DNA of 37,504 bases, taken from Verrucomicrobiota bacterium. Lineage in GTDB: Bacteria; Verrucomicrobiota; Lentisphaeria; Lentisphaerales; Lentisphaeraceae. The translations under genes and the position numbers were made by a program. Shown one piece after another: positions 37,421 through 37,504 of this stretch. The stretch spans positions 1 through 37,504 of the forward strand of contig JBDKFG010000047.1 of the NCBI GenBank assembly GCA_039798785.1. The letters are read 5' to 3'. The first letter of the stretch is position 1. The number at the start of each line of letters is the position of its first letter. Below the pieces are notes generated by a model. It ran no database searches, had not been told where the DNA came from, and was given only the letters and a program-made list of their open reading frames with translations.

Positions 37421-37504
37421 TAAGCCCGCCCCCGGAATAAGAGAGTAGGGTAGCACCCGCAGCCAGCACCCCACGGAATCGCCCATGAGCAACAAACCTC
37501 GTCG
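37421..37504 (+). mobile_element. Probable left end of an IS3-family insertion sequence with start of orfA (ATG 37485, MSNKPR..)
   Basis: TAAGCCCGCCCCCGGAATAAGAGAGT resembles IS3-family IRL ends. It begins exactly where the minus-strand gene breaks, and an orfA-like basic N-terminus starts 64 nt inside. Confidence 0.55.

Noticed and set aside
37081..37440. 119-aa plus ORF
   Set aside because: Antisense to the truncated minus-strand gene, which has host-like codon use and a coupled stop/start.

Overview
High-GC bacterial chromosomal window. The gene content (PVC-type MoxR operon, DUF3568, DUF5703-like glycosidase, HemC-remnant/CobA fusion) suggests a PVC-superphylum organism, but this is inference only. 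It holds mostly housekeeping and accessory genes: ispG, larC, a receiver-adenylate cyclase with a divergent GAF protein, mtnN, aat, a cobA fusion, a 7-gene MoxR/DUF58/BatA/VWA/coiled-coil/prenyltransferase-fold operon, tRNA-Met(CAT), tRNA-Thr(CGT), an AraC-linked glycoside hydrolase, prfC, an esterase, DUF3568, DUF790, murB, a YiiX-like peptidase, ccoG-fixH, a GH29 fucosidase and a BPL-N protein. Signals not evident from the ORF track are: (1) a frameshifted group II intron reverse transcriptase relic (about 478-795, minus) with a GTGCG intron-like 5' end 7 nt after the tRNA-Met terminator, the typical class IIC insertion context; (2) a degenerate type III hammerhead-like fold just downstream of it (286-352, minus); (3) a heptamer tandem repeat; (4) a lone low-GC ORF wedged after prfC; (5) a probable IS3-family end at 37421 truncating an unlisted minus-strand gene. 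No complete novel system can be proven from sequence alone. The best candidates are the 280-1060 RNA/retroelement mosaic and the uncharacterised MoxR-VWA envelope operon.
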